Shown: one piece after another, positions 25,411 through 38,078 of the stretch
Layout: each line of letters opens with the position of its first letter
How positions within the stretch are numbered: the stretch's first letter is position 1
Origin: Perkinsus chesapeaki ATCC PRA-425
Taxonomy: Eukaryota; Protista; Perkinsozoa
Direction: 5' to 3'
DNA: 64,000 nt
Assembly: GCA_013115145.1 (NCBI GenBank)
Contig: JAAPAO010000092.1
Location: 17,114 to 81,113 of the forward strand
Made by a program: the position numbers and the translations under genes
Notes under the pieces: model-generated
What the model was told of the DNA's origin: nothing
The model's database searches: none
The model's input: the letters and a program-made list of their open reading frames with translations, nothing else

Positions 25411-26212
25411 CCGAATTGAACCCGGACAACGTCTATCACTTGCCTAGAGTCCATCATACGCAGCACAATGGGCGAACGGGGAGTAGACGAGAAAAGTGGC
25501 AGCGAAAGTAATAAAGCGGAGAAAAAAGTGGCGCGGCGAGAAGAAAAGTGGCGGGAGAAAAGTAGAAGGGGAGAAATCCCCCAAGTTCTCTATCCGCAGA
25601 GCTCACCGTTCTAGCACGTGTAAAATCGTCAAAACTCTGGAGTACTTCACACAGCTCATAATCGTCAACATGTGTTACGATGATGTAAAGAGCACCCTTT
25701 CCTCCGTCTATGGGAGTATATTGGTCGTTATTGCGGACCATTTCAATTGATAACCCTTTATGACCATTGTCTTACTATGACGAACTACTCTCATTCGAGC
25801 CATTCAGTTAACTGACCATCAATCAGTCCCCATAATTAACACGTTTTTGAGTTATATAATAAATCTATTGAATCTATGAATTGTCGCTTATTTCTCTTGA
25901 AGGAGAATCACACTTCTGCGAAGGGGAAGGAATCTCTTGTTTCCCTTATCACTTCTAACTATCCAAATTCATCATACGTCCGTCTGTGAATCAGTTTGCT
26001 GTGTGATTGAATTACCATTTTTCTATCAGTTTCTCCCATAGATATCTAGGTTAAGCTCTTCGATGCACTGTTCTCCATCGAGCTACCGCAATTGTGCATT
26101 TGTGTTCAAGACGAACTGCTTCATGATACAATTGCCTTCAGATGTTCCCAATTTTATCCTACTGTACAAAAGTCACTAAAATGGCCTTTGTATTCATAGT
26201 TATTTTTCTAAT

Positions 26213-29200
26213 ATGTCATCTCATCGTTTAATCTCCTCGATAGCAGGTCGCCGAGCATTCGCCTCAGCTACCAGGGAAGAGCTTCCTCGCGGAGTTTTCC
26301 GTTCGTTCGAGAGGAACTCCTCACCACCAGATGGAGGAGCCTCGTCCGCACAAGATGGTCAGTTGCCAGCGGGGATAACGAGGGTGACAGGACGCGGTAC
26401 GGGAGCAGGCCAGCTGTGGCCGGGAGAGGGGAACAGATCGAACGTTAGAGAAGATATAGGCGATGTGCCGAAGGAGCTTCCGAAGGGAATGGCCAGAGTT
26501 GGTAGGGATACTCCAAATGTTAAGCTGCGGCGTCCCCCACCCCCGCCACCTGAAGAGCCGGCAGGGATGAGGCTTCCTAAGGGGCTTGTAAGGGTTGGTA
26601 ATGCCGAGAAGAGAGCGGAGAGAGGCCTGCCTAAGGGGGTCACCCCGATTAGCGGAGCAAAAGATGGTATGGAACTCGACGTGGATGAGGGGGAGCTACC
26701 ACGTGGGTTGAAGAGAATGACAGACGTGAACGCCGCCCCGGTGAGGAAGGAGAGTTTGGAAAATATTTCAATTGAGAGGCGGAGCGAAGCTTATAGAGGA
26801 TCTATGAATCAACAGTCTGATGCTCGGTTGGCAAGTGGTACCATTCCGGTGGTTCAGCGACCGACGATGTACGGCGGTGTTATGATCACTCCGGTGGAGA
26901 CTAGTGAGTTGCATTGATAAGCTTATTTTCGACACTCCTTTGACAGGCGAACCATCACCAGCCAGCTTGCCTGTACCGAAGTCATCTAGAGAGATTGCAG
27001 CTGAAGTGACACCAGCTGCGGTCGACATATTGAGGGCGTATTTGTCAGGGAAAAAAGAGGTAGAATGGGGAATGCAGGATGCCGGGATCGAACGGGGGTC
27101 ATTGCTTTCAGCCTGCTAGAATGGTCCTTGCACTGAGGCAACTAGCTGGCCATCATCAGAATGTTGAGAAGATTGAGGGGCTCGAGAATCTTCAGGAGTA
27201 AGTTTGCTTTCCGAGCATCTTGTTGTCAGCTTGCGGTAAGGTATCAGCGCTTGCTTGAGGATATGGGTGCATCTTTCGACTTGGCAAGATTCTCAGGAGC
27301 GGAGGTATCTGAGGTTGCGGAGTATTTGCGAGTAAGATACGAAATAGGTCAGATTGTTGCCATGTCGGTTGCAGATACTAGGCGCTCCGGGTGTTACTGA
27401 TCCCTCTAAGCAGCTGGCCAAACGACTAAGCGTAATATAATCGCCCGTATCTCCAATCTATCATTCGCTCAATTCTCAGTTTCAAATTTGTGAGCGTCTC
27501 CATGAGCTCAGCCCAGTTGAGAGGATACGGACCATATATGTCATCACTACAGTAGGATTGGACAGGTCTCTTAAGGCGGGCGCTGGAATGATCTTCAATG
27601 GGCCATTTAAACGTATTATTCATAACGAAATTGTATAGCAGAAGGTACGAGATGACAGTGGGTATAGTTTAGCAATTTTCCAATGTACCCAATACTAGTA
27701 GTTGCAAGCTGTTAGTAGATCAAGCCAGTATAATGCAGCAGCCTATCCGGCTACGGGGTGGCCCAGGAAATGTGTTTTTTGATCAAGTATAAATTATACC
27801 ACCAAAATACCATTTATTAGGGGCTAATAGATTCCTACCATCGCCCTTGCCATCCATTCTCCCTAGCCACCCCTGAACTTGTGAACATTGCGAGCTCCGT
27901 TTTATAGCAGCATCTTTAGATCTATTTTATGGTTTTTATTACATTTGAGTCATCACAGTTAGTTATTGATGTATTGAATATGCGGGCGGAGCGAAGCGAT
28001 TTTTGTTTTTCATTTTTAGTGGTTGGGATTGCGCCTGGATGATTACACTCATTGGGCTCTACAAGAGTCGATTGATGATTGGATTGATTCACCAGAGGTC
28101 GATGATGCCACAGTGCTGCCGGCATTGTAGGTCGAGAATTGGAGATTTTGTGAATGGGGAAATGTTGGCAGGTATCTCTTGTGCGAACCGGGTATGAGAA
28201 AGCGAAGCTATAAGGTCTTGGCGAAACCCAAAGTGAGTATCTTAAGTCGAAGCGCGGAAGGTGCGTGGGAGGTTGGATCAGGTCTTTACGAGAATGGAGG
28301 GAATGGTTAATCGTTTGGAAATTGACCAGTTAGTGGACATGGTGAGGGCCTTAGGGAAGCACCAAGCACAGGTGGGACTTGCGAGATTCTGCAAAATGCG
28401 CACGGGTTCTTTTTCAGAAGTCTATAGTGGTGAAGGCCCTGGAGCGACTTGAGGCAAATCCCGAGAAGATCTCCGATGGCAGTCTACCTTCTTTGGCGCC
28501 CTTCTTGCAGTACGAAAGGTCGTGGGTTCGAATCCCAGCGACGGCATTTTTAGGTCGACTGAAGCTGGTAGCCCAGATCTTAGTGGCGTTGCCGCACATG
28601 CGAGAAAGAGGCTTTCTAATATCATTGCGGATGAATCATCAGTACTTTTAGAACTATTTAGAGAATAGTTTGCGCATGCGTGCATACCGCTCTTCAGATT
28701 AATCGTAACGCAGTGGCGAGTCTAGTGGTTGAGCTTGCCAAAATGCCGTCGATATCGGAAGGGGTTCTCGATGAGGCTGTCGAAGTAGACTAGAGTCACT
28801 GCGCCACGAAATACTCTTTTTAGATGATTCGTCTGTCGGCAAGTCAGCTTGGCGCTGATGTACTTCCTAAGCTGTTGCTGCTCTATACCGCTGAGGGGGT
28901 GAGAATTTCGTGGCGCGCGGTCGAAGATATCCTGCATATCAGAAACCCTTGCACGAATTAGAAGTTGCTGTGATGGGTTGCCTTCGAGAGATCCAGCCGA
29001 AGGGCATCGCCAAGCTCTGCTTGGCCGCGGCTGCTGGAGGCCGTAAGATGTCTGCTTTCCGCTCTGTGAATAGCTATCCGTTTTAGTTCGAGAGAAGGAG
29101 GCTATGGTGGCCCTTTATGGCGAATGCTTAGACCGTGCTAGAAGATTTGATCCTGAAGAGTAAGGTTGTGGGTTCGATCCCTGGTCGAGGCATTTTTAGT

Positions 29201-31150
29201 TTCATTGATGCCTTTTATTCCATGAGCTTGGCTGGATTAGTTAATGACGATGCTCTTGTCGATAAGGTGGATATCGAAAAGGTCAGCTTGTCACTTGTAC
29301 CTCGTAGGAAGCATTCCTCTGCTGTAGATCATTCGTAACTCCCCAGTGTCGGCTCTGCCGTCTCTCGCTTGGTCGCTGGTAGTTGCCAACTTCAATCGTC
29401 CCATGCCGTGGAGTGTCCTCTGTAAGCCGCCGCCTTGCAAGTCTGTTTAACACCGATGTGAGCAGGCTCGAGAATTATCCAGGATCCTACGAGAGCTATT
29501 GGCGATGTACAATTCGATGCCATGGGCGTCTGTGTTAAGGGGGATCCTCATCAAGCCGCTTTGTTGTAAGTTCCCTCATGCGACCTTTAGTGTATCATGC
29601 ACGGTTTGAGCTTAGATACGAAGCACTGGCTAGCGCAGCAGCTATGAAATGGTTTGTGATAGACGAGCCGTCCGTAGTTGCCGGTATGGAGAGCTGGAAG
29701 GCTGCTTGGACAAGTAAGTTTTGCCGTCCTGGAAATCTGTCGCACTCCCCAGTTCAATTAGACTCTATTGAACAGGGTGAATCTTGCTGGAAATTTTATT
29801 TCGTAAATCTCCGCCATGATCAGGCCTTCAACAGCAGCAAGATCCCTCCAGTCGAATGCCATGGACTGATATCCTTAACAAGGTAAGTTGCCACCCGTCA
29901 TAATCGATTATTCGGGCGAGCGCTACTTCCTCAGCTGGATATCTCTCATCGAATGGACGTCGAGATCGGATATAAGTGGCCGTTGTGGGATGTTCCGATC
30001 CTTATGTCCGAGCTGAGCTGCGTTATCGATCCCAAATTGAAGAAGTCACAGATTGTTCATTATTACAGCGGGCTGACAACAGGGACGGCGAAGTTGAGGC
30101 ATAGGATATGGAATGCTAAGTGAGAGAGAAGTGAGGCAGATCGATGAGGCATCACCTTGTCAGAGGTTACGCGGTGTTTGGCATTGGAGATGACCAGTTC
30201 CCGGATTCAAGTGGAGGAGCGTCGGAAGCCAATTGCGACTTCTTGGCGGGTTTACTCGATATAGTGAGTGCGCGCTTCTAGTTCGTTACCCCCCCGGAGC
30301 TAGGTGGAGCCAACGTACCTTTGTTTGCTGGCGCTTGTTTTTCAAGACAGGAAATTCGAGCACCAATTGAGGCTTACAAGAAGGACGAATTTTCAGCTTC
30401 AATTTGCTCGTCACGGGTCCGTCTAGAGTTCTCTGGAGCACTGATGAAGCTCGGATACCAGGCCGGGATAAGGGCGCATTTGCTCGTATTAGTGAAATTT
30501 ATTGATCTCGAAGCTATCAATTATAATTGTTAATTTGAGAGCTGCATCCTGTTACTCAAATTAGCTCACTCGACTTACCGCAATGCATACTTTTCAACAT
30601 TCTTCTTGATGTAGACGACGCTCGTGAAATTGACAAGAAATCTGATGGCAGTTACGATGAGAATGACTAAGAACTTTTAGGTGGTAAAAAACCAGATGAA
30701 TAGCCAACGGCTGTCTGAGTTTGAGATACAGAAAACAGAGCGTCCCAACAGAAAGAACCCGCGAAAAGGCGGCGGCGGGGGAAAGGGAAAGGTCGTCGAT
30801 TATGCAGCAGACCGAGCAAAGAAGGAGGCAAGATGGTTGAGGAGATAAGGCACATGTTTCCGATAAGTTGTGAACGCGTTTCGACTTGCTCGTCGAATGA
30901 TTTGTGTTATTGCATTCTTTAATACACGACAACGTAACGGTGTAAAAAGCTAATGCGAAAGTTGAGAAGATGTGGGGAAAGCCGAGGCGGTGGCATTCAA
31001 CCGTGGTAATGAGGTCGAAGCCACTGATAAGCAATTACTGGCTACGAGGCTACCAGGCATTAAAGTGGTGGTGTTAGACACTTGCCGTTCTTTCACTCGG
31101 TGGAAGGAATGGAAGCTATCGGGAGGACATATGCTCATATGTACACCCTA
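26213..31150 (+). CDS. RAP-domain helical-repeat RNA-binding protein, probably mitochondrial, with N-terminal LPxG repeats
   Basis: Presequence-like MSSHRLISSIAGRRAFAS; helical-repeat-like exons (RRFDPEDFIDAFYSMSLAGL); RAP-like GLTTGTAKLRHRIWNAK-GYAVFGIGDDQF at ~30070-30200. The 3' end is approximate. Confidence 0.7.
27060..27111 (+). other. 52-nt GT-AG intron containing an antisense tRNA 3' fragment (Gly-like ...TGCA end)
   Basis: GTAGAATGGGGAA-TGCAGGATGCCGGGATCGAACGGGGGTCATTGCTTTCAG. Removal joins KKE to PARMVLALRQ in frame. Confidence 0.65.
28510..28553 (+). other. 44-nt GT-AG intron made of a sense tRNA 3' fragment plus T5
   Basis: GT ACGAA AGGTC GTGGG TTCGAAT CCCAG CGACGGC A TTTTT AG. 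Removal gives APFLQ-STEAGSPDLSGVAAHARKRLS. Confidence 0.75.
29160..29199 (+). other. 40-nt GT-AG intron made of a sense tRNA 3' fragment plus T5
   Basis: GTA AGGTT GTGGG TTCGATC CCTGG TCGAGGC A TTTTT AG, with a canonical GTAAG donor. Removal gives RRFDPE-DFIDAFYS. Confidence 0.85.
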
Positions 31151-31613
31151 ACACTTCATAATGCTAAGCGATGATACACTAGTTGATTATAAACCTATCG
31201 TTTGGAAACGTTAAGACGGATAGGATAATGAACGTTCCTTGAATACAAAGGTATCTTTCAAAATCTGTGTTGGTGGAGTTATCATCTTAGTCCCCGGGGG
31301 CAGTCAGCCGCGCCCGTCTTTGGTTTTCAAGAACTTCTCGTGGTGGCCTCTGAACAGGGGGGTGTGATTCTCAACCGCTAATGGCCAAGATTCGATAAGA
31401 CTTCTACGTTATGTAACCTACTGTAATGTTGTTTCAAGAATTGATGGAATAAAGCAGTTATAAAAGTTTGTCTCGTTTTGTTTGTTTTTTGATGCCATCC
31501 TCGTTACTGGCCTCCTCAGCACTCCGCTTGGCTCCGCCATTACTACCAATATTGCCACCATTGATTAAACTAGGGCAGTTAGTTGCGCCGGTCAGCCTCT
31601 ACCGTGAATACCC

Positions 31614-33352
31614 ATGCCACAGCCGTTGTTGCAGTTCCTTGCCAAGATAGCGGCTAAAGGAGCTCTCGGTAAATACATACTTGCATCGAAGACGAAAATC
31701 CTTATTGGCTCCAAATGGACGGCTAAGGCACTGCCTCTCGCTCGAGTGTAGCTGAGCCCGCAGTGGGCTGTGTGAGCTTGTGGCTGTGTAGATACTCCAT
31801 TAAACGAAAAGCAGACGGCAAGAGTCAAGACGAGTATCATTTCTGGATATTTGACAAGTCAATAGCCGCGGTATCGATTCTCACCGCAACCCTGACGACG
31901 CTGATCGTTCTCGGAAGCCTCGAGAGGAATCCGTTCAACGAAAGGTGCACTGAAGCTCCAGCGAAAAGAAGTGTTGCAGTATTCTCTATAGATGGCGCCT
32001 TTTGCATTTATCAATTGGAGAGGAGAGGGAGCTCGGAGAGGCCGCGGCAAAAGCGATCCTGGACGATTGTTTTTCAAACGGCGTGCGTCGTCTCTGGAAG
32101 GGGAGAGCAAGTCCTACTTAGGCTCATGCTGTGCTCCCCTCCGAGCATCCACTTAGTAGGGAGATTGTAAGAATAGTCGACGCGCTGAATAATGAGTTGC
32201 CGCAACTGCTGGAAGATTACTTCAAGAGGTGAGGCTTGTCAGTCGTAGCGAGAACGCATCTCTCTGTTAGCTCTGGGGTCTCTCATCATGCCTGGGAGGA
32301 GGGGAAGAATCTGATTCCGCAATGGAAGGTGAATGCTGCCAACACCCACCGGCCTGTCTAGCTCGCCAGCTCCAGGTTCACGTACTTCTCTCGGACACTT
32401 GCAACGCCACATGTCTGCCAAGCGGCGATGTTTTCATCTATGCCGGATGCATTGCGAGGTGTGGCAACGATCTCTGCGACTAGGGTTCGAAATTCCCAGC
32501 AGATGCGCAAGTCGAGATCGTCTGGCAGCCATTATAGCCCACGAGATGGCGCATGTAATTAGTCGACACGGTAGTACCCCATATGCGGTCACCGTGCTGC
32601 CTAGTACCCTTTTCAGGTGCAGAGCAAATTAGCGCCGCTGCGATCATGGACGTGCCGCTCGGGTGAGACTCTGTCAGCGGCTATAATGATACAATGACAG
32701 ATACTTCTCGTCTATCTTAACACTATCTATGACGGCATTTGGTATCTTTCGTTACATTTTCATGTGGCATCGGCCACCTACGAGTTGGATCGTTGATTTA
32801 CCGTAATGAGCCTCATAAACACAAAAGGCCATTAGCGTTTAAGGTACTCTCGTCATTGTGAGCATGAAGCTGATGTTCTTGGCATGGAGCTAATGAGCCG
32901 AGCGGGATTCGACCCAAGAGCAGCGGTGAGTTCGATATTACCGAAACATGCCTTACGCTCCTAAACTACTCACTTTGTATTCTGTAGTGGTATGTGGTGT
33001 AAAGTATCGGCGACATCCGGCTACTAGATCTTCTTCTCCAGGACCTGCTCTTTTTTGTGATATTTCAGCAAGCCTTGTTTAGATAGGATCGCAAGCAGTT
33101 TTAGCGCTGGCCATGTCCGAGACAACTCCGTCATGGGCGCGTACACACCCCCCTTCTGAGGATCGAGCGTCAGTCCTTCGAGATAACTTGCCTCACTGCA
33201 TGCAATTTTATTATGCCAACGCCTTCAAGGAAGTCATGTTCGATGCAGCGCTCGCCGTAGATGAAAGGTCTTTTGGCAACCGTCTCAAGGCGATGGTGTT
33301 TCGACAAAGAACGACGAATGAGAGACGTTTGCAAGGTCAAGGCGTCAGCTAG
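31614..33352 (+). CDS. OMA1: OMA1-like zinc metallopeptidase (family M48), multi-exon
   Basis: LERNPFNER, NATCLPSGDVFIYAG, LAAIIAHEMAHV (HExxH), EHEADVLGMELMSRAGFDPRAA, THPPSEDR. The start is approximate. Confidence 0.88.
32459..32502 (+). other. 44-nt intron with a degenerate sense tRNA T-arm
   Basis: Boundaries are fixed by the M48 frame (GCIAR-CASRDRLAA). Contains GCGACTAGGGTTCGAAATTCCCAGCAG. Confidence 0.55.
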
Positions 33353-33944
33353 TTCGTGGTGATGGATGTGTTTCGTTAGATACAATAGAGTATTGGTCGC
33401 GGATACTTCGCGAGGAGACCGTTAGAGAGTACTTGAATGGTGAACTCTCAGAGGAGAACTCGAGTGTGCAGAAGAATATCAGCCGTTTACAAAAAACGCT
33501 TTCGGTTGAGTAGCACGTTTCACACCCACTTGTTTTTGTGTGCCGACTAGTGGCGAACAACTGAACATCCAACCCACGCGATCAGTCATAGATAAATACT
33601 ATTACTAGTAGAAGTGAGAACTGCCCGCAATGGTCTTCCGAAATAGTTTACCACTATACCTCCCGCCGAGCGGAATATACACTAGTTAAGAAGTATGCGG
33701 ACTGCGCCCGGCAGCCTGGGCACGCCTAGCGACTCTTCAGTCATAGAATTACAAACTTCTAGCTGCCACATCACCATGTTTCGAACCTAGAATGTATCGA
33801 TCGGAAATTCCTAGCCCATTAGCCATTTCCCCGAACGAAATTAAGGCACCGGCAATAGACTGGTGCCATTAGCTCTAAGTGGATTACCGTCAAATACGGA
33901 ATGTTTGATGAGATTACAGAAACTACGCTAGCGCTACCTGGAGT

Positions 33945-34304
33945 GTGCTCAAGCTCGGCATAAGCTTTCGTAAGGTGTTTACAGCCATAGCAAAGCCTTC
34001 TCGAGTTTTGAGTAAAGCCGCTTCACCAATCATAGCGGGTGACGCGGCAAACGTCGTACTCCAGCGCTCACAACTCTTATTTGCCATACGAGCGACCCCA
34101 GATCGATCCTTGGTGGAAGCACCCGAGGTTCCAAAGCTCCCTTGTTGAGTTACGCCGTTGATCAGCTGCTACCGCAACATATGTTACTGTGATGCTCGAT
34201 TTGGCATTCAAAATTCTCGAGCAATTTTCCAGTCGAGTGTTGATCCGCGTCACATCATTTAAGCCTCGAACCTCTGTATCGTAGTCCACGACTCGTAGAT
34301 CCAT
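33945..34304 (-). CDS. Hypothetical coding fragments
   Basis: Open protein-like frames (FAASPAMIGEAALLKTREGFAMAVNTLRKL); no family recognised. Confidence 0.2.
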
Positions 34305-35011
34305 TAATAACTGTATAATATATTATCGTTGCTAGTGAGTTGATCTTGGTGGTAATACACTGAGTGCCCGGCACTCCTTGTCGACATTCGATTAGCATTC
34401 GGATAGAATATACAACGAGGTATCTTAGCACCGTACGATGTACGTGTACCTCGGACCAGGATGCACTTGAATTACTCGTAACCTGATTTTGTAGCTTTGG
34501 GAAAACATTATCGAGCCAATGCCGGACTCCGCTGCCCTGAGATCATACCAGTAGGAGTAGACGGCTTATTGCGACGCTTCCGGCGCCATGCCGCCCCAAT
34601 GGGGCATCACGTATCGGCGACGCGGCGACGTGCGTGAAGCTATTGCTAAGCTAGCCTTGGGGGATTTCCGACTCGGGCACTTTCCCATGACCGAATAGAT
34701 TAGACCGGTTAGATAGGTTAGTCGTAGGCAGTGCCTACGGTCGAATATGCCTCACACTGTCATGGTGTCACACCATTGGTGTGTGTAGTTGTGTATTTAT
34801 AGGCCTTTTTCCATATAGGCAGTCGCCTTGTATCCTCCATTTAAAAATGCCTTGGCGAAAAGTTCACTCAGTATAATTGAATGGCCAGGTGATAGCCTCG
34901 TCTCCGCCTTTAGTAAGTGCCCCTCATGAGCTAGCCATCATCTACACATGTTGAGCAGCTACTTCACTCCAAGGAGTATCTTCACTGTAGCCTTTGTGTT
35001 TTTCAATATCA

Positions 35012-37009
35012 ATGTCTGTCCCCTCAAGTGTGGCCTCAACACTAACTCACTCCGATAGTGAATCGCCATCGTCACGGAAGATTCGCGAACATGGCGTAAC
35101 CAGCAAGTAATTTGTCACAGACTCGGTTCGCGGTGGAGACTCCTTCAGGGCATTCTTCTTCACTTGCTGCAACGCTCTCATCTCGCAAGCCCTCTCGACT
35201 CCGTATATGTTCACTACTGCTGGATGGATATCTTTTCTATCACAGGCTTTGACAGTACTATTAACGTTCATTTCGACAGAACTTCTCAGAAAAGTACTTC
35301 AGAGCGAGCAGGTACTGCAACACTATATTGCAGTGAGCTATTATAAACTCTTAGATACGTGCCTATGGGGATGAGAAAGGCGTGCCACATTTCGAGAGAG
35401 AATACACATTTTTAGCTGAGTACTGCGGAGGTCGAATCGGCCGCATCATAGTTCTTCTTGTAAGCCTGTACTTCACACACGAGCATGCTCAGATACCTTA
35501 TGTCCAGAATGTATATTTAGGCCATATTTTTGAACTACTTCGCTGGCGTTGCGACAATCATCGGGGCTATTGGAGTCTGTGGTACCCTTATGGCTCCGGC
35601 AATAAGAGGTGAAAATCAGGACAGTTCACTCACTTTATCACTCGCTATCAGATGATGTTTGGATCATGATTTTTTCACTTGCTCTATTCGTTATTATCGC
35701 AGTCCCTTGGCTTAAAAAAGTTGCGGCTGTTATGGGAGTACTAGCGGTTATTGGAACTATCGGAACTATGGCTTCGTGGGTAAGTCTTCGCTCTTCAACA
35801 CATGATCTGTATCATATTCATACCCTCAGGTCGGCACATCAACTGCAATTTTACCCGAGTCACACGTAGTTGAAAATATGTCTCCACGCCAGCCTCTTAT
35901 GGACAACATCATCGCCGCTATCAGCCTGTCAGTCTGGACTTCTGGTGACCTGCCATCCTTGAACCCATTCCTTGGTTGTGTTGAGGGTAGGCAGCCATAT
36001 GATGACTTCTAGCTTTTACCAGTACGCCTTGTTAGGTTCGAGCAACAGGCGGATCAGACTAATACTGTTTACTTGTCAAGTCATTGCGCTCCTCTACATT
36101 TATATTATGGGTTTGGCAGGAATGCAGCTCTGCGATGGCCCTTGTAACGAATTCTATCCGGCAAGCTTCAATGGTGAGAGCTCATTTGGCATAACTAGAA
36201 ATCGGTTCATTGCGCGTTCCATATGTGTTCGATTAGGTATTGCTCCAGACCGCATTCCGCTGTGGTTGGTATACTTCTTGTATGTTTCCATATTGATGAG
36301 GATGCTATCTATGGCACAAGCCAAGATGGTGACAATAATGGTTGCTACTGAAAAAGCCGTTTGCCATTTCATGGTAAGTATCCATTGGACTTGATAACCA
36401 GCTGACTCGGGTGGGAGTGAGGTGCTCTAGTTTGACGGGAGATAAAGCTCTGAACATGGCGGGCAATCCTAGATTCATTTCTATGACTTACACTGGGTGA
36501 CAGTCATGCCGACTTCCTTTTGTTAACTATCTCAGGCTTCATTTCACTGGACCAGCAGTCTGACGACTACGAATGCTTGGCGGATTTTTCTCCGACTTTT
36601 GCTGGTTACATCTCTTGCACTGGCTGCAGTCGTAGCGAAGAGTGAACTAGCTTATTTCCAAGTGGTGGCTTCTGCCCTCCTAACTACATGTAAGATACAT
36701 CGTATCACTCAATGCTATTCCCCCTCGATAACCAGCTCTCTCTCGGAGCATCTGGTTCATAATCGTAATATTAATAGAAAATGCAAGCGCATCGCTCGCG
36801 CTCAAATACATAGGATTATGGTGATTATTCAGAGTATCTTTTGAGATCTGTTCTCCTCAGGTTTATTATATTTATGCCCGTTATGGTTTTATTATAAAGT
36901 GATTGAGCCACCGGCCATTCAACGCTACTTGATGTATCTGTTTGTTGTATTAATTGTCACATTCATAGCACTGGCTACATATATTTCCTTCATGAGGGTC
37001 TTTGCCTAG
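35012..37009 (+). pseudogene. AAAP/Aa_trans amino-acid transporter, copy 1, with an apparent +1 frameshift
   Basis: CCNALISQALSTPYMFTTAGW and EYTFLAEYCGG motifs. At ~35537 the sequence is AACTACTTTCGCT versus AACTACTTCGCT in copy 2, which breaks the frame. Confidence 0.65.
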
Positions 37010-38078
37010 TGGTGGCTCGAAGTTCTATCACTGATATTGTTAATGCGTGTGTGGTGTAGGGTTCCGCATTAAAGATTATTCACTACAGGCAGATGTATAG
37101 TTGGATTCCTCATCGTGGGTGTCCAAACTATCAATAAATTACCACATGCGTATCAGCGCAGCATTGGCGCATTCTCTCTCCTTCCGTTGCTGAATCGTTG
37201 ATATTTTACGTATTTCAAATAATTTTACTGATTCGCAAATTCTGAACAGGTGAGGAGACCCTTCGAGAAGGGGTCTTTAGTTACCCCGCGATTTCTCATC
37301 CCCAATATGCATTCGTCTGAGGAGTTATAAGTAGCGATTCTCCTCAAACGAGTAGTGGTAACTCATTATTAAATCATGTTCCATGGGGTGAACGTATCAT
37401 ATTGTTCGTGTTTTTACATAGGATAGCGTAGCTGTTGATTTGATGTCGAATGGTATATTGCTATTATTCACTACATAATACTTACACATCGCCAAGCTGT
37501 CTAGCATTGTATCTAGTTACGCAGTGTAGCTGTCTGGCATTCCACTGCTACTTATTCATAGAACAATATATTCTCTTTTTCCGATAAAATCTGTTGTGTC
37601 GAGTTGTATGAAATTCAATCCTGTAAAACAATTAATGCTTCCACAAGAATGACTCCAAGAAGGGAGCAGGCAAGCTACGTCACCTAGGTGGCGAGGTCTA
37701 ATTTGGCCAACAGACTGCCAATTAGGCCATATCACATTGAGGATAGCGGGTTATAAGAATCATGACATTTCGCAGTTAAACTATGATGATAGTTACAGCG
37801 CAAGCTCGCATAGAGAGGTCGGTGGCTCTGGGCTCCCGGGCTCTCAATTGTGGGGAGTGGCTCTGTATACACCCATCGGTATCGTTCCTGTACGTGTAAT
37901 AGGCAATGCAATATTTTTGTTGAACAAGGAGAAAGAAGCTCTTGTAGGCAAGCACTTCCTCAAAAGATGAGTAACATATACTCTATATCCAACAACTCCA
38001 ATCCAGCAAAGATCGGTTAGCCTTTTCAGTTAGTCAGAACTGTACGGCGCGTTTTGACCGTACCTTATGGAGCAGGAC

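Noticed and set aside
25405-25430. tRNA-like CCGGGTTCAATTCGGG on the minus strand
   Set aside because: The T-stem does not pair at canonical spacing, and it overlaps the hairpin.
28517-28553. Retrotransposon primer-binding sites
   Set aside because: There is no CCA (no TGG on the complementary strand) and no adjacent LTR.
28379-29338. ORF-track peptides ERSWVRIPATAF and KSKVVGSIPGRG as real protein
   Set aside because: They are better explained as read-through of the tRNA-fragment introns; splicing gives more plausible repeat-protein sequence.
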